Below, piece after piece: positions 1 through 8,199 of a stretch of 64,000 bases of DNA. Each line of letters starts with the position of its first letter. Within the stretch, counting starts at the first letter, position 1. The position numbers and the translations under genes were made by a program. The notes below the pieces were generated by a model, which saw only the letters and a list, made by a program, of their open reading frames with translations, searched no databases and was not told the origin of the DNA. The stretch comes from a virus (lineage: Duplodnaviria > Caudoviricetes). The DNA is taken from positions 1-64,000 of the IMG/VR virus record IMGVR_UViG_3300037420_000470; one strand, 5' to 3'.

Positions 1-29
1 ATACAAACAAATAACAAACTTAAAACCTT

Positions 30-128
30 TAGTATTCTTCTAGTATTCTTCTAGTATTCTTCTAGTATTCTTCTAGTATTCTTCTAGTATTCTTCTAGTA
101 TTCTTCTAGTATTCTTCTAGTATTCTTT
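30..128. repeat. Tandem array of 11-bp unit TAGTATTCTTC (8 perfect + 1 near-perfect copy)
   Basis: Counted directly: units start at 30,41,52,63,74,85,96,107,118. Non-coding on +, since TAG cycles through all three frames. Confidence 0.97.
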
Positions 129-209
129 AAGTAATTCTAATGCACTTAAAGAGTTTTTAAATACATAGTTTAGTCTGTTGTATTTGTGCAACGTTAAAAC
201 AACTTTAAG

Positions 210-238
210 TTGACTCTTATCAAAAATTCATGCATAAT
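210..238 (+). promoter_or_regulatory. sigma70-type promoter
   Basis: TTGACT-17 nt-CATAAT upstream of RBS AAGGAG and ATG 276. Confidence 0.75.
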
Positions 239-275
239 TATATTTACACAGTGCAAACATCAAAGGAGAGAACTA

Positions 276-491
276 ATGGCTATGCCAATTAAAGCTGAAG
301 CAGGAGAATCAATCTATACTGTGATTCGTCGTGCCATCAACATGGCTGATGCATACAAGATGGAATATGACATTCTACACAATGAGATTGTTGTACGTGT
401 TTATCCAAGTAGCAATGAACGGGATGTGTTTGAGAAGTGGTTGCTGATGGGACAAATTGAGACACTGAAGAGGGGAATGGTATGCAAGTGA
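276..491 (+). CDS. Hypothetical early protein
   Basis: ORF track 210..491; ATG 276 chosen because of RBS AAGGAG. Confidence 0.75.
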   Translation: MAMPIKAEAGESIYTVIRRAINMADAYKMEYDILHNEIVVRVYPSSNERDVFEKWLLMGQIETLKRGMVCK

Positions 492-691
492 TAGTTACTG
501 AGGAATTGCTTAAAGCAATTGGAAGGGCAGTTGGAGACTTGAGAAGTGAAGCATCTAGGGTAAAGTGTTCAGAAAGTTATGAAAAGTTGGAAGAAGGTAG
601 CCCTGTAAAAATCGTTGTCGATAAGGCTATTGAACAACGGTATCAAGATGCAGATTTGATTGTTGGGTGGCTTGAAAGAATTCAAAAATAA
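482..691 (+). CDS. Hypothetical protein
   Basis: 69 aa ORF, GAGG RBS, overlaps upstream stop. Confidence 0.75.
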   Translation: MQVIVTEELLKAIGRAVGDLRSEASRVKCSESYEKLEEGSPVKIVVDKAIEQRYQDADLIVGWLERIQK

Positions 692-712
692 ACCAAGGAA
701 TAACGAATAAAA

Positions 713-952
713 ATGATTAGCGATGAGACTAAAAGAGCACTTAAAAAGTGCTTGCAATTGAATGGATTTGATGCTAGTATTGTAGATGAGCTAGTTATTG
801 AGAGGAAGACACTCAGGGATGACTTTGCTAAAGAGGCTATGGCATCGTTGATTAGGGTGTATGAATACCCTACAGTGGATGTGCAAAGGATTGCTAAAGC
901 AGCCTACCAGCAAGCAGATAGGATGTTGATTGAGAGGGAGATTAGACATTAA
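713..952 (+). CDS. Hypothetical protein
   Basis: 79 aa ORF in operon, AAGGA upstream. Confidence 0.75.
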   Translation: MISDETKRALKKCLQLNGFDASIVDELVIERKTLRDDFAKEAMASLIRVYEYPTVDVQRIAKAAYQQADRMLIEREIRH

Positions 953-961
953 GGAGGGATC

Positions 962-1546
962 ATGACATTATACGAAATCATCAAGGCACTACAATCTACT
1001 GCTGGTTCTAAAGCCAAGAAAGCTATCCTAGAAGCTAACAAGGATAATACCTTGTTGAAAGAGTATTTGCAGGCTGTGTATGATCCTTCAATTAATTATT
1101 ACATGACGAAGATTCCATCTTCAAAGAGTGGGGCAGGATACTGTGAACTAACTCGTGCATTGATTGATACGATTATCAAGCAAGTTGCAGAGCGCAAGAT
1201 TACAGGTAAATATGCAAAAGATTTCATACTGGAACTTGTTGACTCGCTTTCTGCTGAAGGTCAAGAACTGTTAGGTTACATCATAGCTCGTGATATTCGG
1301 GCTAGCATTGCAGAGAAAACCCTTCTGTCTGTATGGCCTGATTTGTTCTTCATCCCGCCATACCAGCGGTGTGCAACGATGAAGCCAGATATCAAGGCTA
1401 AGTTTGCTGTATTGCCTTACTTCTTTGTGCAGAAGAAGGCAGACGGAAGTTTTGCATATGTCATAAAGCTGGCTGATGGCTCTCCTATGGCGATGACAAG
1501 GGCAGGTAGTGTCTACCCTACATGGGTAGCTAAAAACTCGCTGTAG
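962..1546 (+). CDS. ATP-dependent DNA ligase, N-terminal part (frameshifted near 1532-1536)
   Basis: Motif I KxDG (QKKADGSF); N-terminus resembles T4-type ligases; ends at TAG 1544-1546 out of frame with the C-terminal part. Confidence 0.85.
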   Translation: MTLYEIIKALQSTAGSKAKKAILEANKDNTLLKEYLQAVYDPSINYYMTKIPSSKSGAGYCELTRALIDTIIKQVAERKITGKYAKDFILELVDSLSAEGQELLGYIIARDIRASIAEKTLLSVWPDLFFIPPYQRCATMKPDIKAKFAVLPYFFVQKKADGSFAYVIKLADGSPMAMTRAGSVYPTWVAKNSL

Positions 1547-2328
1547 GACTTCCTAGTGCGTCTGTGCTGATACAGGAAATGCTCGTCTACCGTGATGGTA
1601 AGTTGCTCTCTCGCAAGGAAGGGAATGGAATACTGAATTCCATCCTGCAGGGTGAAGAAGATGCACCAGCACCAGAAGATATTGAACTATTGCCGCAGGC
1701 ATGGGATTTGCTTACGTTAGATGAGTTCATGGCAGGAAAATCACATGTTGAGTATGAGTTGCGTTGGGATGGTTTGTTGAATGCTGTAAAACGAGCTAAT
1801 GAATTTGGTAACAGAGTGCAAGCGATTGAGCATACTGTAGTACATTCTCTTAAAGAAGCTTATGCTGTTTGCCAAAAGTACACTTCCAATAACGAAGAGG
1901 GTGCTATCTTTAAGAACCCTAGAGCAACATGGCGAGACAATAGCTCAGGTTCGAGTGATGAGGTAAAGGTGAAGGTTGTGTTTGAAGCTGACTACAAGAT
2001 TACCGGCATCTATGAGGGTGAAGGTAAAGCTAGAGGGATGCTTGGTGGTGTTAGCATAGCTTCTTGTGACGACTTGATTCAATCTAATTGTGGTATAGGG
2101 TTTGATGATGCTACCCGTAAGAAGCTGTGGAGTCTTGGAGCAGATTATTTAGTTGGAAAAGTTGTTACTGTCTCAGCTAATGATATTATCAAGCGTGAAG
2201 GTAGAGAGACAGAATCTTTGTTCTTGCCAGTGTATTGTGAATTAAGGCTTGACAAGCATGTTGCTGACAGTTATGCTAGGTGTGTTGAGCAATTTAATGC
2301 TGCAAAGGAAGGTTTGAATGACTGCTGA
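1534..2328 (+). CDS. ATP-dependent DNA ligase, C-terminal part (motifs III-VI, OB fold)
   Basis: EGAIFKNP (motif IV), VKVK (motif V), SLFLPVYCELRLDK (motif VI). Frame is open from 1534 (KLAVGLPSASVLIQEM); one extra A in the 1532-1536 run fuses it to the N-terminal part. Confidence 0.85.
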   Translation, partial: KLAVGLPSASVLIQEMLVYRDGKLLSRKEGNGILNSILQGEEDAPAPEDIELLPQAWDLLTLDEFMAGKSHVEYELRWDGLLNAVKRANEFGNRVQAIEHTVVHSLKEAYAVCQKYTSNNEEGAIFKNPRATWRDNSSGSSDEVKVKVVFEADYKITGIYEGEGKARGMLGGVSIASCDDLIQSNCGIGFDDATRKKLWSLGADYLVGKVVTVSANDIIKREGRETESLFLPVYCELRLDKHVADSYARCVEQFNAAKEGLNDC

Positions 2329-2419
2329 TGAAATAGTTATTGTATGGTATCTTGTTTCTGTTATAATCTGTTTTGCAATAGCTTCTATTGAAACTAGAAA
2401 GGAGGAAACAAATGGATGA
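2318..2419 (+). CDS. Small membrane protein (33 aa, MTADEIVIVWYLVSVIICFAIASIETRKEETNG)
   Basis: Translated by hand; overlaps ligase stop and next start; one hydrophobic stretch. Confidence 0.5.
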   Translation: MTADEIVIVWYLVSVIICFAIASIETRKEETNG

Positions 2420-2657
2420 GTACATTACTGTAAAAGTGAAGTGCTTAGATGGTCATCTGTTCAAGGTGAGTAATCCTTATACGGCAGGAATCGAATTCTT
2501 CGAGAAGTTGATACAGGAGAACAATGAATCATCTGACTATAAATCTCTTGGCTTTTTTCCGAATGTAGTTGATATTGAAGCTAGGGACAACTATAATGAA
2601 GCATGTTTGAAAGCGATTGATGCTTTGAATAAAGCATACCAAGAGTCGCAGCATTGA
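2412..2657 (+). CDS. Hypothetical protein
   Basis: ORF track 2388..2657; ATG 2412 follows AAGGAGG. Confidence 0.7.
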   Translation: MDEYITVKVKCLDGHLFKVSNPYTAGIEFFEKLIQENNESSDYKSLGFFPNVVDIEARDNYNEACLKAIDALNKAYQESQH

Positions 2658-2816
2658 CTACAGATGACATCAAGAAGCTTGAAAAGTTCCGCACTAAACA
2701 TTGATTGAAATCAAAGCGGAATGCTGTAGAAGGTGTATAGTGGGAGGCATGGCATCACAGAAACATGGTGTCTAAGGGGAACTGGACTTATTAACCATTT
2801 ACTAAGGAGAATGACT

Positions 2817-4094
2817 ATGGCTACTAACACTGGAAACAAAGGCAACGGAAACAACGATGATCCGAAACAAGCTATCAATCCTCATGTGCTGGAAGCAATT
2901 CAAGCTCGTCTAGCGAAGGGTGAAGAGCCTCCTGCTGTTCCTAAAGAGGAAGAGCCAAAAGCTGAAGAGAAGCCTGAAGGGGCTACCGCTGAAGGTGAAG
3001 TTCCTGGTGCGGAAGAGCCTATTCCTGAGGAAACCAAAGGTGAAGCTGCTCCTAAGCGTAAAGGAGAGAAGAAGGAAGATGAACGCTTCCTTAAACTGTC
3101 CATGCAAACTTATGTAGATGCATTGGAGAAGGCTATGGGCTTCACCAAAGCTAGTATCACATTGGAGATGGCTGTTTGCATGTCAGTGTATGCTTCTTAC
3201 GGTGAAGCTAGTTTAGCAGCGAAGAAAGAAGTAATGTTGGTGTATCAAAATGCTGGCTATGCCACTGCTACGCACAAGGATGCCGACTATAAAACTGTAT
3301 CTCGTCGCCTGAATGCTGCAGCAGCGCTGTTTGATAAGATTGGTGTGGAACAGATTCAGGATATTACGGAAGGCACCAAGGAAGAAGAGCACATTCAAGC
3401 TATCGTCAACTTCCTTTCTACGGAATTTGATTTGAAGAGTTTGAATGCTGTATGGGCTGCAGCAGGTAGGCCAATCGTAGCTACATATGATTCGGACTAT
3501 GATGAGCTTCCTGCTCGTCCTAAAAGGGGTGCAAGAGGTAGTGGTGTTCGTGTAGCTACATCTCTCTCTACTAGTGAACGTACAGCAAGTGGTGCTGTTC
3601 CACCCGGAACTCCTGGGACTGGTGGAGTGGATGAGCAAGGCAGGCCACTCACTAAGGAAGGGACAGTGGATCAGCGTATTAAGCCAGAAGGTGGTGAATC
3701 TCTTGCTACGCAAGTTGCTAAAGGTGAAATCAGCAAAGAAGAAGCTGATAAGATTGCTGGTAAGCAACCTGAAGAGAAGCCTGAAGAACAGCCATCCGAA
3801 GCTGACAAGCGTATGATGGAGCGTGTAGGTGGTGCTGTAGAAGCTGGCAGGGAAGAGCGTAAAGCTGAAGAGCCAGTGAAGCATAATAGGCGCAAGACTG
3901 ATGCACCTGATGTTACGGTTATTGAGGTCGGTATGATACATGTTGCCATTCCTCATAATGCTCCTTATGAGGACATCATTGGTGTCATTACAGAGTTGAT
4001 GGCGATTGCAAGCACAATGGAGCAAGCAGGGTTGGCAGAGAAGAAACCTGCTAAGAAAGGTGCTGGTAAGCGTGAGCCTGCATTGACTCATTAA
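2817..4094 (+). CDS. Large charged protein of unknown function with low-complexity E/K/P/A flanks
   Basis: ORF track 2733..4094; AAGGAG at 2804-2809 favours ATG 2817; strongly biased codons. Confidence 0.85.
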   Translation: MATNTGNKGNGNNDDPKQAINPHVLEAIQARLAKGEEPPAVPKEEEPKAEEKPEGATAEGEVPGAEEPIPEETKGEAAPKRKGEKKEDERFLKLSMQTYVDALEKAMGFTKASITLEMAVCMSVYASYGEASLAAKKEVMLVYQNAGYATATHKDADYKTVSRRLNAAAALFDKIGVEQIQDITEGTKEEEHIQAIVNFLSTEFDLKSLNAVWAAAGRPIVATYDSDYDELPARPKRGARGSGVRVATSLSTSERTASGAVPPGTPGTGGVDEQGRPLTKEGTVDQRIKPEGGESLATQVAKGEISKEEADKIAGKQPEEKPEEQPSEADKRMMERVGGAVEAGREERKAEEPVKHNRRKTDAPDVTVIEVGMIHVAIPHNAPYEDIIGVITELMAIASTMEQAGLAEKKPAKKGAGKREPALTH

Positions 4095-4192
4095 GAGTCA
4101 AACACACTAAGAGGTTGTTGTTGGCTGTTGTTTGTTGGGGAGCAATCCTTTAGGATGAATCCTTTAGGGTGAATCTAGAGGTTGCTTTTTGG

Positions 4193-4238
4193 GGCTGTAG
4201 GAAAGACGTTGAACGTTAATTCTACAGCCTCTTTTTTC
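4193..4238 (+). terminator. Probable intrinsic terminator
   Basis: GGCTGTAG (4193-4200) / CTACAGCC (4222-4229) stem followed by a T tract. Confidence 0.6.
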
Positions 4239-4252
4239 TTTGGAGAACTGGT

Positions 4253-4486
4253 ATGCCGGATAAGAGAATCGTTGGTGGGGTCACTATTGCTGACTTTCTA
4301 ACAGAGGATGAAATTATCAAAGCTCAACAGTTGTACAAGACTGACAGAGCCAACTTCCATGAGCGTTGCAGAGAAGAGATAATCAAACCTAACATGGATA
4401 GAATCGACAAAGCATTGGGGCAAAAGAATGATGCAGGGTATTTGGCCTATGCTGTTGAATATGTTATGAGTCAGCTTATTAAATAA
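4253..4486 (+). CDS. Hypothetical protein
   Basis: 77 aa ORF, GGAG RBS. Confidence 0.75.
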   Translation: MPDKRIVGGVTIADFLTEDEIIKAQQLYKTDRANFHERCREEIIKPNMDRIDKALGQKNDAGYLAYAVEYVMSQLIK

Positions 4487-4495
4487 GGAGGAATC

Positions 4496-4735
4496 ATGAT
4501 GAAGAAAACTATCGCACTTATTATTGCTATCACTGTTGTAGCTTGGGGTTTGTCTGGTTGTGGTGGAGGATCAGGAGAAGATCAGCAGGAAACACAAGCC
4601 ACAACACAAGCGGCTATGACAGATCAGCAACAGAGAGATGTTAGTACAGCATTGGGGAATATTGCTACCCAATACCAGCAACAAGCTGATACGCTTAAGC
4701 GTAATTCTGCTGATAATCAGTTGTTGTTACATTAA
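4496..4735 (+). CDS. Predicted lipoprotein
   Basis: MKK + hydrophobic core + lipobox LSGC, then Q/T-rich polar tail; AAGGAGG RBS. Confidence 0.75.
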   Translation: MMKKTIALIIAITVVAWGLSGCGGGSGEDQQETQATTQAAMTDQQQRDVSTALGNIATQYQQQADTLKRNSADNQLLLH

Positions 4736-4755
4736 TCACTTCTTTAAAGGATGGT

Positions 4756-4947
4756 ATGATGGGTACAGTGTATATCTTTGATGACTGCAAAGATGGTGTC
4801 TCTGTCTCTGCATTTCCTACGACTTCTGAAGAATATGAAACCAATCATATGACTATCAGAGTGAATGGCACTAACTCTGTGTCAGTGATGCTGAATGTTG
4901 TCCGAAATGTTCTACAGCAAACAGGTGTGGAAGTTGTGATGGAATAG
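4756..4947 (+). CDS. Hypothetical protein
   Basis: 63 aa ORF, AAGGA RBS. Confidence 0.65.
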   Translation: MMGTVYIFDDCKDGVSVSAFPTTSEEYETNHMTIRVNGTNSVSVMLNVVRNVLQQTGVEVVME

Positions 4948-4970
4948 TAGCAAACAATCTAAATTACTTA

Positions 4971-5006
4971 TTGACAAGGGCTATTGTGCGAAAGTACAAT
5001 AGCCCT
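4971..5006 (+). promoter_or_regulatory. sigma70-type promoter overlapped by a perfect 11-bp inverted repeat
   Basis: TTGACA(4971)-18-TACAAT(4995); AGGGCTATTGT 4977-4987 / ACAATAGCCCT 4996-5006. Confidence 0.7.
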
Positions 5007-5028
5007 ATTGTTTTATAAGGAGGGAAAC

Positions 5029-5211
5029 ATGAACATCAGCGAGACTATCAAAGCCTTGGAAGGTTTGAAAGCCAAACATGGGGATGTAGAAGTTACGATT
5101 TGGCAGTATGCAGGAGGAACGGATAACCTATGCAACATCTCTCCTGTATTTGATGAAGAAATGAAATGTGTTATTCTTGATACTACTTACATTGAAGGAG
5201 TGTGGCGATGA
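5029..5211 (+). CDS. Hypothetical protein
   Basis: ORF track 4984..5211; ATG 5029 follows AAGGAGG. Confidence 0.7.
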   Translation: MNISETIKALEGLKAKHGDVEVTIWQYAGGTDNLCNISPVFDEEMKCVILDTTYIEGVWR

Positions 5212-5399
5212 GAGTGTATGTTTTTAAGAGTGAGATGTACGGTTCAATAGCTGTAGCAGATAAATCGTTTGAAGCAGCTATGAATAAAGTCAAAGCGGAT
5301 TGGTACAGCGACTTCTTTGAATATGATTTCACTGTACAAATGGTGGATTCTACGTCTGGAATTTATACGAAGCCTATCAAGGAGGAAAATCATGTCTAA
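5208..5399 (+). CDS. Hypothetical protein
   Basis: ATGA overlap with upstream stop. Confidence 0.65.
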   Translation: MRVYVFKSEMYGSIAVADKSFEAAMNKVKADWYSDFFEYDFTVQMVDSTSGIYTKPIKEENHV

Positions 5400-5832
5400 A
5401 ACACTAAACACAAGCATAACGATTTCCAGACCGCAGAACTACAACGGTGATAAATACATCGAGATTACTTTGAATGATAAAGTATCAGGTATTCAATTCG
5501 CGTCTACTAAACTGAGTCTTGAAGACTTTGCAGAAGCCCTTACAGGTTTGGCGTATGTTGAATGCACTACTAAAGTGATGGGTTTGGAGCATGTTGGAAA
5601 GAGAAAGGAAAGGGAGAGTGCATCTATCTTCATGTCTAATGAAGAATATGAAAAGGTTGTTGAAGGGTTGCCGTTTATTCGACATAAAGAAGCTTTAGCA
5701 GCATGGTTGCTTGCTAATCATAGCAGGGAAGGTTGGCATATGAATACCTATCTTGGCTCTCAGGGCAGCATTCAATACGTTGGTGGTGGTAAGAAGTTGA
5801 AGTTGAATATCGATTACTACCGTTATGTTTGA
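5392..5832 (+). CDS. Hypothetical protein
   Basis: ORF track 5317..5832; ATG 5392 follows AAGGAGG. Confidence 0.75.
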   Translation: MSKTLNTSITISRPQNYNGDKYIEITLNDKVSGIQFASTKLSLEDFAEALTGLAYVECTTKVMGLEHVGKRKERESASIFMSNEEYEKVVEGLPFIRHKEALAAWLLANHSREGWHMNTYLGSQGSIQYVGGGKKLKLNIDYYRYV

Positions 5833-5834
5833 AT

Positions 5835-5850
5835 TTCTCATTTATGAGAA
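5835..5850. repeat. Palindrome TTCTCATWWATGAGAA, copy 1
   Basis: TTCTCATTTATGAGAA immediately after stop at 5832. Confidence 0.95.
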
Positions 5851-5871
5851 AAATTATTTAAGGAAATTTAG

Positions 5872-6222
5872 TTGAAGAAATTTGTAGTTGCGGCTATAAT
5901 TGCTGCTATGTTTGTAGCACAACCTGTAGAAGCAGCAGCAAGCCGTAGTGCTGCTGTTATCAAAGAGTTTAAAGAACAGAGTGTATGCCCTTCAACGGGT
6001 TTTAAAGCTGTTAAGGGGAAATCTTCCAGTTATCGTTGCCCTGGGTATGTAGTTGATCATATGATACCTAGATGTGCTGGTGGTCCTGATGAATTGTACA
6101 ATTTGGTCTACCAGAAATACGACAAGGAGAATTCCTTGAAGAAAGATACAGCAGAGAAACGGTTATGCAGTATGATGAAGAAAGCGGGAATTCAGTTTCA
6201 AGAATTAGATGAAGAAGATTAA
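5872..6222 (+). CDS. HNH-fold protein with N-terminal signal peptide
   Basis: MKKFVVAAIIAAMFVAQPVEA signal-like; CPSTG...CPGYVVDHMIPRCAGGPDELYNL HNH motif. Confidence 0.7.
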   Translation: MKKFVVAAIIAAMFVAQPVEAAASRSAAVIKEFKEQSVCPSTGFKAVKGKSSSYRCPGYVVDHMIPRCAGGPDELYNLVYQKYDKENSLKKDTAEKRLCSMMKKAGIQFQELDEED

Positions 6223-6236
6223 CCATAAGGAGAAAT

Positions 6237-6614
6237 ATGAATACAATGCAACAAGAGTTTGATGCTGTATGTGAACATTTGGTGAAGCAGGGACAGAAAG
6301 CATCTGATGGAAGTATTTGCCGTTACCGAGATGATAATGGGTTGATGTGTGCTGTTGGTTGTCGCATTCCTGAACATATTTACAAACTAGAAATGGAAGG
6401 TAGGGATGTGTATAATCTGAATGAACAATTTGGTAGAATTCTACCAAAAGAGATTGCAGAATACGAGCGCATGTTTGGTGCTCTTCAATCTGTGCATGAT
6501 ATGGATAAGACATGGGAGAGCAAGGCAAACTTGAAATCAGGATTAACTCGTGTTGCTAACACTTTTAAATTGTCTATTCCAGAGTGTGTTCAATCATTGC
6601 CGGATGTAGAATGA
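6237..6614 (+). CDS. Hypothetical phage protein (CRYRxxxGLMCAVG type)
   Basis: 125 aa ORF, AAGGAG RBS. Confidence 0.75.
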   Translation: MNTMQQEFDAVCEHLVKQGQKASDGSICRYRDDNGLMCAVGCRIPEHIYKLEMEGRDVYNLNEQFGRILPKEIAEYERMFGALQSVHDMDKTWESKANLKSGLTRVANTFKLSIPECVQSLPDVE

Positions 6615-6802
6615 ATAATCTAACAGAACGTGAAGAACGTATTATTAGGTTCGCTGTATGGCGTTTCATGAACGATGCTTTTTCGCAAGCAATGTTCTAT
6701 TCGCAGAAAGGTAGACACAGCGATGCTGAAGCTGCTAATTCCTTCGCTAAGGATGCAAAAGATGCGGAGGAATTACTTGCAAAGTTGGTGATCAAGACAT
6801 GA
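6611..6802 (+). CDS. Hypothetical protein
   Basis: ATGA overlap with upstream stop; ORF track 6584..6802. Confidence 0.65.
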   Translation: MNNLTEREERIIRFAVWRFMNDAFSQAMFYSQKGRHSDAEAANSFAKDAKDAEELLAKLVIKT

Positions 6803-7044
6803 GCGATCGGTGCAGGAATGAATACAAGCCCTACATCACCGACAAGGCAGAGTGGATTTATCCACATGAGAAGGCTCCACCAAAGGGTGTAAAACTAAAC
6901 ATCTTAACGGAAGGTGGAGTAGCTATCACTGGTGATTGGGCAGAGGGAGTAGGGTTTCTAGGTTGGCAATATCTTTTCAAACGTAACATGGAAAAGGAAG
7001 AAGTATACATTGCGTACATGAAGGAGCAAGGAAAGAGAATATGA
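6799..7044 (+). CDS. Hypothetical phage protein (PPKGVKLNILTEGGVAITGDW)
   Basis: 81 aa ORF, ATGA overlap. Confidence 0.7.
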   Translation: MSDRCRNEYKPYITDKAEWIYPHEKAPPKGVKLNILTEGGVAITGDWAEGVGFLGWQYLFKRNMEKEEVYIAYMKEQGKRI

Positions 7045-7102
7045 AGTTCAGTTTTCAAGTATTTAAAGGAGTCCAAGCACACATGGTTCCTAGACAGGCT
7101 GA

Positions 7103-7519
7103 GTGAGGGCAATATTATTAGCTTGTGCATTGTTATTCACACCAATATCAACAGCATCTACACATACAGATGAGCAATGTTTAAGTTCCGCAATTTATTG
7201 GGAGGCAAGAGGGGAGTCTATAGCAGGTAAGAAAGCTGTAGCAGAAGTGGTTCTAAATCGTTCTAAAGCTGCTGGCTCATCAGTGTGTGCAGTGGTGAAA
7301 GCCAGTGGCCAATTCTCGTTTTGGCCCTGGAAGCGTATTAGAAAATTTGATAAAGAGATGCAAGAATTGTTGACAGAAGTGGATGAAAGCCCTACAATCT
7401 TGAACGATGAAAATTATTTATATTTCTACAGCAAATATCTAAAACCGTATTGGTCTAGGAAAATGAGTTGTAGGAGAATTGGCAACCATTTATTTTGTAA
7501 ATCTAAGGAGAAGAAATGA
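7103..7519 (+). CDS. Cell wall hydrolase, SleB/Hydrolase_2-like
   Basis: Signal-like N-terminus; CLSSAIYWEARGESIAGKKAVAEVVLNR, GQFSF, IGNHLF motifs. Confidence 0.85.
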   Translation: MRAILLACALLFTPISTASTHTDEQCLSSAIYWEARGESIAGKKAVAEVVLNRSKAAGSSVCAVVKASGQFSFWPWKRIRKFDKEMQELLTEVDESPTILNDENYLYFYSKYLKPYWSRKMSCRRIGNHLFCKSKEKK

Positions 7520-7728
7520 AAGTTTTTATTTGGTATGTAGATAAGTGTTCTGACAACTATCATTCAGACGGTGGCGTTATCGTGTTTGCTAATACTGAGG
7601 AACGTGCAAGAGAGATTGCTAACGATAAAGATGGTTGCGAGATTCGTGATGACGAAATGCCGGAGGATGTTCGTGAGGCATCAGGTGAAGAGCGAGTTTT
7701 TATTTTCCCAAATGCAGGTTGCTGTTAA
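7516..7728 (+). CDS. Hypothetical phage protein (C-terminal FPNAGCC)
   Basis: 70 aa ORF, AAGGAG RBS, ATGA overlap. Confidence 0.7.
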   Translation: MKVFIWYVDKCSDNYHSDGGVIVFANTEERAREIANDKDGCEIRDDEMPEDVREASGEERVFIFPNAGCC

Positions 7729-7738
7729 GGAGAATTAA

Positions 7739-8044
7739 ATGAATTTTAAAGCAGGGCAGAAAGTGAGGTGTATTGATGCTGCAGATTATCCAAGGGATGA
7801 TACGCTCACTGAAGGTAAGGTGTATGAGGTTATTAAACTTGTCGGTGGATTCGACATACAAATCATTGGTGATCATGGAAAGGAGGCTTGCTGCTTGGTG
7901 AATAGGTTTGAAGCTGTTGAAGAAGATTCTGTTGCACCACTCAAAGTAGATATTGAACGAGTGGGGAGTGTAGCAAAGGTGACTATCTGTGGTAATCTGA
8001 CTAAAACACAGATTAATTCTATTCTAGAAGTTCTGTACGCATAA
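7739..8044 (+). CDS. Hypothetical protein with SH3-like N-terminus (FKAGQKVRCID)
   Basis: 101 aa ORF, AAGGAG RBS. Confidence 0.7.
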   Translation: MNFKAGQKVRCIDAADYPRDDTLTEGKVYEVIKLVGGFDIQIIGDHGKEACCLVNRFEAVEEDSVAPLKVDIERVGSVAKVTICGNLTKTQINSILEVLYA

Positions 8045-8052
8045 GGAAGTAA

Positions 8053-8199
8053 ATGAAATTTCTTAAAAACCTATTGTTGAATATCCGAATCATTCTATCT
8101 CCTAACCAATGGATACAGATTTATCCACAAAGCAAACCTTGGGATAAGGAGTTGAATGAGTTTTGGCAAATTATTCCAAGGAGAGTAAGTGAGCAGTAA
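8053..8199 (+). CDS. Small hypothetical protein (48 aa, MKFLKNLLLNIRII...)
   Basis: Translated by hand; AAGGA RBS; fills the gap before thyX. Confidence 0.5.
   Translation: MKFLKNLLLNIRIILSPNQWIQIYPQSKPWDKELNEFWQIIPRRVSEQ

Noticed and set aside
30-128. CRISPR array
   Set aside because: Units are 11 bp and contiguous with no spacers, and no cas genes are present.
1544-1546. Amber readthrough or recoded TAG in the ligase
   Set aside because: The two halves are in different frames, so readthrough cannot join them. TAG is used as a normal stop elsewhere (4947, 26412, 28089) and there is no suppressor tRNA.
2733-2816. N-terminal extension of the large early protein
   Set aside because: The RBS AAGGAG sits at 2804-2809; the upstream part has no RBS and looks like leader.
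3213-4091. 292-aa - strand ORF (and 21794..22384, 17808..18335, 61769..62275)
   Set aside because: Antisense shadows of well-supported genes with implausible composition.
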